Shown here in pieces: positions 46,345-56,200 of a stretch of DNA of 64,000 nucleotides. The stretch covers positions 5,971 to 69,970 of the forward strand of contig SFGF01000029.1 of the NCBI GenBank assembly GCA_004556655.1, read 5' to 3'. Source of the DNA: Lachnospiraceae bacterium (GTDB lineage Bacteria > Bacillota > Clostridia > Lachnospirales > Lachnospiraceae). The position numbers and the translations under genes are program-made. Within the stretch, counting starts at the first letter, position 1, and each line of letters begins with the position of its first letter. The notes under the pieces are model-generated. The model saw only the letters and a program-made list of their open reading frames with translations, was not told the DNA's origin and did no database searches.

Positions 46345-46539
46345 ATTTTGGAAAACTTCATTTCAATACATTTGGTTTATACCACGACAGCAAGTGGCTA
46401 TTTGGTTCGTCAGATAAAAATAGGTAGAAAATAAAGAGAAATTACATTTTCCCTCTTGCAAAACTGAAATTTTCCTGTAGAATAGGAAAGGATTGGACAA
46501 AGCAACCGATGATTTTCAAGAGAGAAAAGGATTGATGAC

Positions 46540-48171
46540 ATGATTGCAGCAAATAATGTAACATTACGTATTGGAAAAAAAGCTTTATTTGAAGATGTAA
46601 ATATTAAATTTACGGAAGGAAACTGTTATGGACTGATCGGTGCCAATGGTGCAGGAAAATCCACATTTTTGAAAATCCTTTCCGGACAGTTGGAGACGAC
46701 TCACGGGGATGTGACCATCACACCGGGACAGCGTCTCTCTTTTCTGCAGCAGGATCATTTCAAGTATGATGCCTATCCGGTTCTGGATACGGTAATTATG
46801 GGAAATGCCCGTCTGTATGAGATTATGAAAGAAAAAGAACAGATTTATGCAAAAGAGGATTTCACGGATGAAGATGGAATCCGTGCCAGTGAACTGGAAG
46901 CGGAGTTTGCGGAGATGGACGGATGGAATGCAGAGTCTGATGCGGAACAGCTTCTGAATGGTCTGGGTATTCCTACAGAACTGCATTATGCGCAGATGGC
47001 AGATCTGAACGGTAGTGAAAAAGTGAAAGTACTGCTTGCACAGGCGCTGTTTGGCAATCCGGATATTCTGCTTCTGGATGAGCCTACCAACCATTTGGAT
47101 CTGGATGCGATCGCATGGTTGGAAGAGTTCCTGATCAATTTCCAGAATACCGTGATCGTGGTATCTCATGACCGTTATTTCCTCAATAAAGTTTGTACAC
47201 ATACAGCAGATATTGATTATGGAAAGATTCAGCTTTATGCCGGAAATTATGATTTCTGGTTTGAATCCAGTCAGCTTTTAGTTAAGCAGATGCGTGAGGC
47301 AAATAAGAAAAAAGAAGAGAAGATTAAGGAACTGCAGGAATTTATTTCCCGTTTCAGTGCCAATGCTTCCAAATCCAAACAGGCTACCTCTCGTAAAAAA
47401 GCTCTGGAAAAGATTCAGTTGGAGGAGATTCGTCCTTCCAGCAGAAAATATCCGTATATTGACTTCAGACCAAACCGTGAGATTGGAAATGAAGTGTTAA
47501 TGGTAGAAAATCTCTCAAAAACTATTGATGGAGTAAAAATTCTGGATAATATTACTTTCACCCTGGGAAGAGAAGATAAAGTAGCTTTTGTAGGCGGCAA
47601 TGAACTTGCAAAAACCACCCTGTTCAAAATTCTGGTTGGTGAAATGGAACCGGATGAGGGATACTACAAATGGGGTGTTACCACATCTCAGGCTTACTTC
47701 CCGAAAGACAGCACCAAAGAATTTGATAATGATCTGACGATTGCAGACTGGCTGACCCAGTATTCCGAGATCAAAGATGTAACCTACGTTCGTGGGTTCC
47801 TTGGAAGAATGTTGTTTGCCGGAGAAGACGGTGTCAAGAAAGTGAAAGTACTTTCAGGTGGTGAAAAAGTGCGCTGTCTGCTGTCGAAAATGATGATCTC
47901 CGGTGCCAATATCCTGATTTTGGATGAACCAACCAATCATCTGGATATGGAGAGTATTACTGCACTGAATAACGGGCTGATCAAATTCCCGGGTGTACTG
48001 CTTTTTGCATCCCACGACCATCAGTTTGTTGAGACCACTGCCAATCGTATTATGGAAATTATGCCAAACGGCTCTATGATCGATAAGATCACCACATACG
48101 ACGAATATCTGGCCAGCGATGAAATGGCAAGAAAACGTCAGGTATATCTGATGCAGGAAGAAGATAATTAA
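46540..48171 (+). CDS. ABC-F family ATPase (YbiT/YkpA-like ribosome-associated)
   Basis: Two NBDs (GANGAGKST, LLDEPTNHLD twice), inter-domain linker RFSANASKSKQATSR and no TM segments. Confidence 0.92.
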   Translation: MIAANNVTLRIGKKALFEDVNIKFTEGNCYGLIGANGAGKSTFLKILSGQLETTHGDVTITPGQRLSFLQQDHFKYDAYPVLDTVIMGNARLYEIMKEKEQIYAKEDFTDEDGIRASELEAEFAEMDGWNAESDAEQLLNGLGIPTELHYAQMADLNGSEKVKVLLAQALFGNPDILLLDEPTNHLDLDAIAWLEEFLINFQNTVIVVSHDRYFLNKVCTHTADIDYGKIQLYAGNYDFWFESSQLLVKQMREANKKKEEKIKELQEFISRFSANASKSKQATSRKKALEKIQLEEIRPSSRKYPYIDFRPNREIGNEVLMVENLSKTIDGVKILDNITFTLGREDKVAFVGGNELAKTTLFKILVGEMEPDEGYYKWGVTTSQAYFPKDSTKEFDNDLTIADWLTQYSEIKDVTYVRGFLGRMLFAGEDGVKKVKVLSGGEKVRCLLSKMMISGANILILDEPTNHLDMESITALNNGLIKFPGVLLFASHDHQFVETTANRIMEIMPNGSMIDKITTYDEYLASDEMARKRQVYLMQEEDN

Positions 48172-48198
48172 AATAGTTGCAATATAACATGAAAAACA

Positions 48199-48236
48199 GG
48201 GGGCATGACCGGAGAAAAATCCGACTCATGTCCCTT
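48199..48236 (+). terminator. Stem-loop after the ABC-F gene
   Basis: GGGGCATGA..TCATGTCCC inverted repeat. Confidence 0.45.
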
Positions 48237-48297
48237 GCATGATTTTCAGACAAAATGAAAGAACGCTCATATGTTCAAATGAAAGGAGTTACTTGAT

Positions 48298-49122
48298 ATG
48301 ACTGAAATTCTTAACACTCTGGCACACATGATACAGAAATATATCTGGATTGCTCCGGTATTATCTTTGTTAGCCGGTATTATTACTTCATTTACTCCAT
48401 GCTCATTGTCCAGCGTCCCCATGGTAATCGCATATATCGGGGGTTCAGCAAAAAAAGACAGTAAAAAGGCATTTCGTCTTTCTCTTACCATGGCAGCAGG
48501 ACTTTCCATTACTTTCCTAGTTTTTGGTTCTCTTGCTTCCGTCATCGGACATTATATGCATGAAATCGGTACCTGGTGGTATGCACTGCTTGGAATCATT
48601 ATGATTCTAATGGCTTTGCAGATCTGGGGTGTGATACGTCTGATTCCCAATCATCCGCATGACTATGGAACGGGAGAAGAGCATCCGGAACATGGATGTG
48701 AATGTCATGACCATCGCCACCATCATGAGCATGAACATGAACATCCCACGAATTGTGAGGAAAATGAAGGAAAATGTCACTGCGGTCCCAAAGTGAGCAA
48801 GAGAGGATACCTTGGAGCACTGCTGGCAGGAATGCTGAGCGGAGCAATCTCTTCCCATTGTTCTACGCCGGTGATGATCGCGCTGCTTGCAATGGCGGCA
48901 CAGTCCGGCAATACTTTGTGGGGAATTTTCCTGCTGGCTATGTTTGCGGTTGGACACAGTATTCTTCTGGTGGTAGCCGGAACAAGTTACAGTGTGGTAC
49001 AGAAATGGATGTATGATCCCAAATATGAAAAAATCAGCAAAACCCTTCGCTCTGTGATGGGAGCAGTGATTTTGCTGATTGGTATCGTTATGTTCTATAT
49101 GGCATTTTTCTATGTGGATTGA
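48298..49122 (+). CDS. ccdA: CcdA/DsbD-family transmembrane thiol-redox protein with His/Cys-rich insertion
   Basis: SFTPCSL and SSHCSTP redox cysteines, about 6 TM segments and a ~44 aa His-rich loop. Confidence 0.8.
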   Translation: MTEILNTLAHMIQKYIWIAPVLSLLAGIITSFTPCSLSSVPMVIAYIGGSAKKDSKKAFRLSLTMAAGLSITFLVFGSLASVIGHYMHEIGTWWYALLGIIMILMALQIWGVIRLIPNHPHDYGTGEEHPEHGCECHDHRHHHEHEHEHPTNCEENEGKCHCGPKVSKRGYLGALLAGMLSGAISSHCSTPVMIALLAMAAQSGNTLWGIFLLAMFAVGHSILLVVAGTSYSVVQKWMYDPKYEKISKTLRSVMGAVILLIGIVMFYMAFFYVD

Positions 49123-49141
49123 TTATCCACCTTTGTGTGGC

Positions 49142-49867
49142 TTACAGAAGAGAAGCAGCTGCCTCGTCAAGAACTACAGTAACATCCGGGTGCAGCTGCA
49201 GGATGGAAGCCGGCATCTGCGGCATAACCGGACCCTGAAGCGCTTTCTTTACAGCTTCTGCCTTGTCAGCTCCGCTGGCAATCAGAAGAATTCGCTTTGC
49301 TCTCATGATTGTTCCGATACCCATGGTATAAGCCTGTGTAGGAACATCTTCAATTTTTTCAAAGAAGCGGGCATTGGCCTTGATTGTGCTCTCGGTAAGG
49401 TCTACACAATGTGTGAAATTTGGAAATTCATCAGCCGGCTCATTGAAACCAATATGGCCGTTATGACCGAGACCAAGAAGCTGCAGATCAGCTCCGCCGT
49501 AGCTCTTTACAATTTCTTCGTACTCTTCACATGCTTTTACCGGATCCGGATTGGTACCATCCGGCACATTGGTTCTGGAAAGATCGATATTGACATGTTT
49601 GAACAGGTTGTTCATCATAAAATAGTAATAGCTCTGATCATTGCTGTGATCCAGACCCCGGTATTCATCCAGATTCACTGTGGATACCTGAGAAAAGTCC
49701 AGATCCCCTTTTTTGTACCATTCTACCAGCTGAGCATATGTGCCGACTGGGGTAGAACCGGTAGCAAGTCCCAATACACAGTTCGGTTTCGTAATAATCT
49801 GAGCAGAGATAATATTTGCTGCTTTTCTGCTCATGTCATTGTAATCTTTTGTTACAATAATCTTCAT
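49142..49867 (-). CDS. nagB: Glucosamine-6-phosphate deaminase
   Basis: VLGLATGSTP, NLDEY, LGLGHNGHIGFNEP, TMGIGTI and PASILQLH. Confidence 0.96.
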   Translation of the reverse strand: MKIIVTKDYNDMSRKAANIISAQIITKPNCVLGLATGSTPVGTYAQLVEWYKKGDLDFSQVSTVNLDEYRGLDHSNDQSYYYFMMNNLFKHVNIDLSRTNVPDGTNPDPVKACEEYEEIVKSYGGADLQLLGLGHNGHIGFNEPADEFPNFTHCVDLTESTIKANARFFEKIEDVPTQAYTMGIGTIMRAKRILLIASGADKAEAVKKALQGPVMPQMPASILQLHPDVTVVLDEAAASLL

Positions 49868-50002
49868 GGAAAAACCTCCTCATCTACATAATTCATACTT
49901 TTAAACTATCTTATTTATCCGTAAAAAGCAAGTAGGAATTATCATAAGACAGAAAATAGAAAGTTCTTACCGTCGAAGAAATGACGAAAAATCTTTTATC
50001 AA

Positions 50003-50890
50003 TCAGTCGGATAAAGCTTTTATGGAAGAGGCATATTCGGAAGGAGTCATTCCGGTGAACTTTTTAAATTGTCTGGAAAAATAATGGATGGAAGAGTATC
50101 CTAGATAATCAGAAATCTGGGAAAAATTCCCACTTTCCTCACGAATCATTTTTTTTGCGGTTTCAATTTTCAGATGGGAAAAGTAATCAATGACACCACA
50201 TCCATTTTGGTCTTTAAAAAGTTTGAGCAGCTGTGCACGTCCTACCATAGTGGCATGACAGATTTCCTCCAATGTCAGTTTTTCCCTTATGTGTTCCTCA
50301 AGATAAGTAATGACCTGGGCATAAAGAAGAGCATCATTCTTTTTACGGACCGATTTGACTGTGGGGGCAGGCAGCTGTCTGCTGTCCATTTGCCGAATCA
50401 TAGTAATAAGAAGAAGTTCAAGATTGAGTTTGATCAGCTGTTCAGACGCAAAGGGAGCATTTCCCCGCCGGACCATTTTTTGTGTGAACGGATTATCCAG
50501 CGGTGTCAGGATACTCTGTTTGGCCTCATAAATAATATTTGCAAGGATCGTGCGCTCCTTTTCTCCGATTTCTGTAAGCAGGTTTTCAAATCTTTTCATA
50601 CATGGAGAATTACATACGAAAGAAATGACCACCAGATTGGGTGCAATTCGTCCGTTGGCCCTGACATTATGAAATTCATTAGGCTTATGAAAAATAATCT
50701 GTCCCCGGGTGAGAACATGAGAAGTATCACCGGCTGTAACAACCACTTCCCCCTTGTCAACACATAAAAATTCCCAGAAATCATGAGATTCTCCTGAAAA
50801 TTGATAAGTGCTGGTATATTCAAAATAATGGATCGTAATAATTTCTGAAATATTCAGTTCTTCTTTGAGTATAAGGCTTTCAAAAGACAT
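50003..50890 (-). CDS. AraC family regulator (cupin + HTH)
   Basis: GESHDFWEFLCVDKG, HKPNEFH and GYSSIHYFSRQFKKFTGMTPSEY. Confidence 0.92.
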   Translation of the reverse strand: MSFESLILKEELNISEIITIHYFEYTSTYQFSGESHDFWEFLCVDKGEVVVTAGDTSHVLTRGQIIFHKPNEFHNVRANGRIAPNLVVISFVCNSPCMKRFENLLTEIGEKERTILANIIYEAKQSILTPLDNPFTQKMVRRGNAPFASEQLIKLNLELLLITMIRQMDSRQLPAPTVKSVRKKNDALLYAQVITYLEEHIREKLTLEEICHATMVGRAQLLKLFKDQNGCGVIDYFSHLKIETAKKMIREESGNFSQISDYLGYSSIHYFSRQFKKFTGMTPSEYASSIKALSD

Positions 50891-51057
50891 GGATAACCCT
50901 CCTGAAATCTTTGATACTCTGATTATAACGGAAAAACAGATTTTTGTGCAAACAAAATTAATTATTGTGTAAATCCAAAGCGGAAAAAACGTGTTACTAT
51001 ATAGAAAACGAAGCGGAAATTTCCGCTGATCATTTTGGAAAGGGTGGAAGCAAAATT

Positions 51058-51981
51058 ATGAAAAAACCAGTATTAGTAATTATGGCAGCAGGAATGGGAA
51101 GCCGTTACGGTGGATTAAAACAGATTGATCCGATTGACCCGCAGGGGCATATCATTATGGATTTTTCTTTGTTTGATGCAAAAAAAGCAGGATTTGAGGA
51201 AGTAATCTTTATTATAAAGAAAGAAAATGAAAAAGATTTTAAAGAATGTATCGGTGACAGAATCAGTAAAATCATGAAGGTTTCTTATGTGTTCCAGGAT
51301 ATTCAGAATCTTCCGGAAGGTTTTCAGGTCCCGGAAGGTAGGGTAAAACCATGGGGAACCGGCCATGCAGTCCTCAGTTGTCTGGGTACTCTGGATGCAC
51401 CGTTCGCTGTAATCAATGCGGATGATTACTATGGAAGTCATGCATTTCAGATGATTTATGATTTCCTCACTACACATGAGGACGATGAAAAATATCATTA
51501 CACGATGGTTGGATACGTTCTGGAAAATACGCTGACAGAGAATGGTCATGTGGCAAGAGGTGTGTGTGTGACAGATGAAAATGGTTATCTGATCGGAATC
51601 AATGAACGTACTCATATTGAGAAACGTCCGGAAGGTGCAGCTTATACCGAAGATGACGGAAAAACATGGGTTACGATTCCACAGGGAAGTACAGTCTCCA
51701 TGAATATGTGGGGCTTTTCTGCAAGTCTTCTGAAGGAACTGGAAAGACGCTTCCCGGCATTTCTTAAGGAAGCACTTGAGAAAAATCCGATGAAAGGCGA
51801 GTATTTCCTTCCATCGGTAGTGGGAGAGCTTCTGGCAGAGAATAAAGCAGATGTTCGGGTACTGAAATCTCTGGATAAATGGTATGGGGTAACTTATAAA
51901 GAAGACAAACCGGTAGTTGTCAATGCAATCCGTAAAATGAAAGATGAAGGAAGATATCCGGAAAAACTGTGGGAGGACTAA
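51058..51981 (+). CDS. Sugar-phosphate nucleotidyltransferase
   Basis: LVIMAAGMGSRYGGLKQ, KPWGTGHA, VINADDYYG, SMNMWGF and WYGVTYKED. Confidence 0.9.
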   Translation: MKKPVLVIMAAGMGSRYGGLKQIDPIDPQGHIIMDFSLFDAKKAGFEEVIFIIKKENEKDFKECIGDRISKIMKVSYVFQDIQNLPEGFQVPEGRVKPWGTGHAVLSCLGTLDAPFAVINADDYYGSHAFQMIYDFLTTHEDDEKYHYTMVGYVLENTLTENGHVARGVCVTDENGYLIGINERTHIEKRPEGAAYTEDDGKTWVTIPQGSTVSMNMWGFSASLLKELERRFPAFLKEALEKNPMKGEYFLPSVVGELLAENKADVRVLKSLDKWYGVTYKEDKPVVVNAIRKMKDEGRYPEKLWED

Positions 51982-51986
51982 TCAGT

Positions 51987-53090
51987 ATGAATACTGTTTC
52001 AAAAAAGAATTTGTATGAAGTGGCAGGGAAATTTCAGATTGACGGAGAAATTCTTTCCGTTGAACCCTACGGAAGCGGTCATATCAATGATACGTTTCGT
52101 TTGATTGAAAAACAGGGAGAAGAGGAAAAAGCTTATATTCTTCAGCGTATGAATGGAGAAATTTTCAAAAACAGAGACGAATTGATGGAAAATATTATGC
52201 GTGTCACAAGTTTTTTGAAAGAGAAAATTGTTGCTCAGGGAGGAGATCCGGACAGAGAAACCTTGCAGGTGATCCCAACCAGAACAGGAGAATCCTATTA
52301 TAAAGAAGAGGATGGAGAAGGCTGGAGAGTATATACGTTTATTGTAGATACTATAAGCTATGATCTTGCGGAAAGTGCAGCGGATTTTAACAGAAGCGGT
52401 TATGCTTTTGGTAATTTCCAGTATCTCCTGTCAGATTTTCCGGCAGAGGAACTGCATGAGACAATTGTAAATTTCCATAATACGGTGGATCGATTTGATA
52501 AGTTTAAAAAAGCCGTGGAAGCTGATGTGATGGGCCGTGCGAAAGAAGTGGAGCCGGAGATTCGTTTTGTAATGGACAGAGAACAGGACTGCCATTTCTT
52601 TGGAAACCTGCTTGCAAACAAGGAAGTTCCTCTGCGGGTAACCCATAACGATACCAAGCTGAACAATGTTTTGTTTGACCGGGAGACAGGAAAAGCAATC
52701 TGTGTGATCGATCTGGACACCGTTATGCCGGGATTTGCAGCTCATGATTTTGGCGATGCGATCCGCTTTGGAGCGAGTACAGCTGCTGAAGATGAAAAAG
52801 ATCTGGATAAAGTGACATGCAGTATGGAACTTTTTGAGGCATATTTTGATGGATTTATGGAAGGATGCCGGGGAAGTCTGACAAAGCGGGAAGTTGAGAC
52901 ACTGCCTATGGGGGCAAAGATTATGACACTGGAATGTGGTATGCGGTTTCTGACAGATTATCTTGAGGGAGATGTATATTTTAAAACGCATTATGAAGGA
53001 CAGAATCTTGACCGGACAAGAACACAGCTGAAGCTTGTGAAGGATATGGAAGATAAATGGGAAACCATGAAAACAATCGTTAATAAATAA
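51987..53090 (+). CDS. APH-fold sugar kinase, N-acetylhexosamine 1-kinase (NahK)-like
   Basis: GSGHINDTF, YILQR, ETIVNFHNT, RVTHNDTKLNN, IDLDTVMPG, DFGDAIR and RFLTDYLEGD. Confidence 0.85.
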   Translation: MNTVSKKNLYEVAGKFQIDGEILSVEPYGSGHINDTFRLIEKQGEEEKAYILQRMNGEIFKNRDELMENIMRVTSFLKEKIVAQGGDPDRETLQVIPTRTGESYYKEEDGEGWRVYTFIVDTISYDLAESAADFNRSGYAFGNFQYLLSDFPAEELHETIVNFHNTVDRFDKFKKAVEADVMGRAKEVEPEIRFVMDREQDCHFFGNLLANKEVPLRVTHNDTKLNNVLFDRETGKAICVIDLDTVMPGFAAHDFGDAIRFGASTAAEDEKDLDKVTCSMELFEAYFDGFMEGCRGSLTKREVETLPMGAKIMTLECGMRFLTDYLEGDVYFKTHYEGQNLDRTRTQLKLVKDMEDKWETMKTIVNK

Positions 53091-53109
53091 GAGTTTGTCG
53101 GATCATAAT

Positions 53110-53167
53110 AAAAGAGAAACGATTTGTACTGAAAAACAGGACAAATTGCTTCTCTTTTTGTTTTTTT
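53110..53167 (+). terminator. Intrinsic terminator
   Basis: AAAAGAGAAACGATTTGT / ACAAATTGCTTCTCTTTT with a T tract. Confidence 0.7.
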
Positions 53168-53199
53168 CGAAAAACATGAAAGGTTTTTTAATCAAAAAA

Positions 53200-53228
53200 T
53201 AGACATGTTTTGGAAACCATGTTATAAT
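53200..53228 (+). promoter_or_regulatory. SigA promoter of PFOR
   Basis: TAGACA, 17 bp spacer, extended -10 TGtTATAAT. Confidence 0.75.
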
Positions 53229-53279
53229 AACTCACAAGAGTTAAATTATGTTTAATTCAAATTAAGGAGGAAACAAAAA

Positions 53280-56200
53280 ATGGCAAGAAAAATGAAAACC
53301 ATGGATGGTAATCATGCTGCCGCTCATGCATCCTATGCATATTCCGACGTAGCAGCCATTTACCCAATTACTCCATCATCTGTTATGGCTGAAGCTACAG
53401 ATGAATGGGCAACTCAGGGAAGAAAGAACATCTTCGGACAGGAAGTTCAGGTAACTGAGATGCAGTCCGAAGCAGGTGCTGCAGGTGCAGTTCACGGTTC
53501 TCTGGCAGCAGGCGCTCTGACAACTACATACACAGCTTCTCAGGGTCTTCTGCTGATGATTCCAAACCTTTACAAAATCGCTGGTGAGCAGCTTCCGGGC
53601 GTATTCAATGTATCCGCACGTGCTCTGGCAAGCCACGCACTTTCTATTTTCGGAGATCATTCCGATGTTTACGCATGTCGTCAGACTGGTGTAGCTATGC
53701 TTTGTGAGTCTTCTGTACAGGAAGTTATGGACCTTACTCCGGTGGCTCATCTGGCAGCAATCAAAGGTAAAGTTCCGTTTATCAACTTCTTTGATGGTTT
53801 CCGTACTTCTCATGAAATTCAGAAGATTGAAACATGGGATTATGAAGATCTGAAAGATATGGCTGATATGGATGCGATTGCTGAGTTCCGTAAACATGCT
53901 CTGAATCCAAATCATCCATGCCAGAGAGGTTCCGCTCAGAACCCAGATATCTTCTTCCAGGCAAGAGAAGCATGTAACCCGTATTATGATGCTCTTCCGG
54001 CTATCGTACAGGAATACATGGATAAAGTAAATGAAAAGATCGGAACAGACTATAAACTGTTCAACTACTATGGTGCAGCAGACGCAGAGCATGTAATCGT
54101 TGCTATGGGTTCTGTAAATGATACCATTGAAGAGACAATCGACTATTTGATGGCTGCCGGAAAGAAAGTCGGCGTTGTCAAAGTTCGTCTGTACAGACCA
54201 TTCTGTGCACAGGCTCTGATCGATGCAATTCCTGAGACTGTAAAACAGATCACTGTTCTGGACAGAACAAAAGAGCCGGGTGCTCTTGGCGAGCCGCTGT
54301 ATCTGGATGTTGTAGCAGCTCTGAAGGGAACTAAATTCAATGATGTACCTGTATTTACAGGACGTTTTGGTCTGGGTTCCAAAGATACAACTCCTGCACA
54401 GATCGTAGCTGTATATGAAAACACAACAAAACAGAAATTTACACTGGGTATCGTTGATGATGTTACTAACCTGTCTCTGGAAATCGGTGCTCCTCTGGTT
54501 ACAACTCCGGAAGGAACCATCAACTGTAAGTTCTGGGGTCTGGGAGCTGACGGTACTGTAGGTGCTAACAAGAACTCCATCAAGATCATTGGTGATAATA
54601 CTGATATGTACGCTCAGGCATACTTTGATTATGACTCCAAGAAATCCGGTGGTGTTACTATGTCCCACCTGCGTTTCGGAAAGAAACCAATCAAATCCAC
54701 ATACCTGATCAAGAAAGCTAACTTCGTTGCATGCCACAATCCGTCTTATGTTACAAAATATAACATGGTTCAGGAACTGGTTGACGGAGGTACATTCCTG
54801 CTGAACTGTCCATGGGATATGGAAGGTCTGGAAAAACATCTGCCAGGACAGGTAAAAGCATTTATTGCTAATCATAACATCAAATTCTATGTAATTGATG
54901 GTGTTAAGATCGGTATTGAAACCGGTATGGGACCAACCCGTATCAATACAATCCTTCAGTCCGCATTCTTCAAACTGGCTGCTATCATTCCGGAAGAGCA
55001 GGCAATTGAACTGATGAAAGCAGCAGCAAAAGCTACTTACGGACGTAAGGGTGATGACGTAGTTGCTAAGAACTGGGCAGCTATCGACGAAGGTGCAAAA
55101 CAGGTTGTTGAAGTTCAGGTTCCGGAAAGTTGGAAAGATGCTGCAGATGAAGGTCTGACTGTAATCAAAGCTGAAAGCGGAAGAAAAGACGCTGTTGACT
55201 TTGTTAACAATATTCAGTCTGCTGTATCCGCTCAGGAAGGTAACAATCTGCCTGTATCTGCATTTACAGCATATGTTGATGGTACTACACCATCCGGAAC
55301 ATCTGCATACGAGAAACGTGGTATCGCAGTTAATATTCCTGTATGGAATCCGGAAAACTGTATCCAGTGTAACCGTTGTGCATATGTTTGTCCGCACGCA
55401 GTTATCCGTCCGGTTGCTATGACAGCTGAAGAAGCAGCAAATGCTCCTGCATCTCTGGAAATGACCGGTATGAAAGAATACAAATTTGCTATCGCAGTAT
55501 CCGCTCTGGATTGTACCGGATGTGGTTCCTGTGCAAACGTTTGTCCTGGTAAGAAAGGTGCAAAAGCACTTGCTATGGAAAACCTGGAAGCAAATCTGGA
55601 ATCCCAGAAGTTCTTCGATTATGCAGTAACTCTGCCGGAGAAAGCAGATGTTATCGCTAAATTCAAAGAGAATACAGTAAAAGGTTCTCAGTTCAAACAG
55701 CCGCTGCTTGAGTTCTCAGGCGCATGTGCAGGCTGTGGTGAGACACCATATGCAAAACTGATCACTCAGCTGTTCGGTGACAGAATGTACATCGCAAACG
55801 CAACAGGATGTTCTTCTATCTGGGGTAACTCCTCACCGTCCACACCTTACACTGTAAATGCAAAAGGACAGGGTCCTGCATGGGCTAACTCTCTGTTCGA
55901 AGATAACGCAGAGTTCGGTTATGGTATGCTGCTGGCTCAGAAAGCAATCCGTGAAGGACTGAAAGCTAAAGTTGAAGCTGTAGCTGCAAGTGACAAAGCT
56001 TCTGAAGAAGTAAAAGCTGCTTGTCAGGAATGGCTGGATACTTACAGCGTAGGTGCTACCAACGGTGCTGCTACAGATAAACTGGTTGCAGCTCTGGAAG
56101 GATGCGAATGTGAAACATGCAAAGACATCGTTGCTAACAAAGATTTCCTGGCTAAGAAATCCCAGTGGATCTTCGGTGGTGACGGATGGGCTTACGATAT

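Noticed and set aside
49079..49891. 270 aa + strand ORF overlapping nagB
   Set aside because: It is the antisense shadow of an unambiguous nagB.
51987..53090. Aminoglycoside resistance phosphotransferase
   Set aside because: The motifs (GHINDT, HNDTKLNN, IDLDTVMPG) and amino-sugar context fit the NahK-like sugar kinase subfamily.
53219..53237. Rex operator at the PFOR promoter (ATGTTA-N7-TCACAA)
   Set aside because: The half-site spacing is one base longer than the 18 bp Rex palindrome, and the left half is explained by the extended -10.
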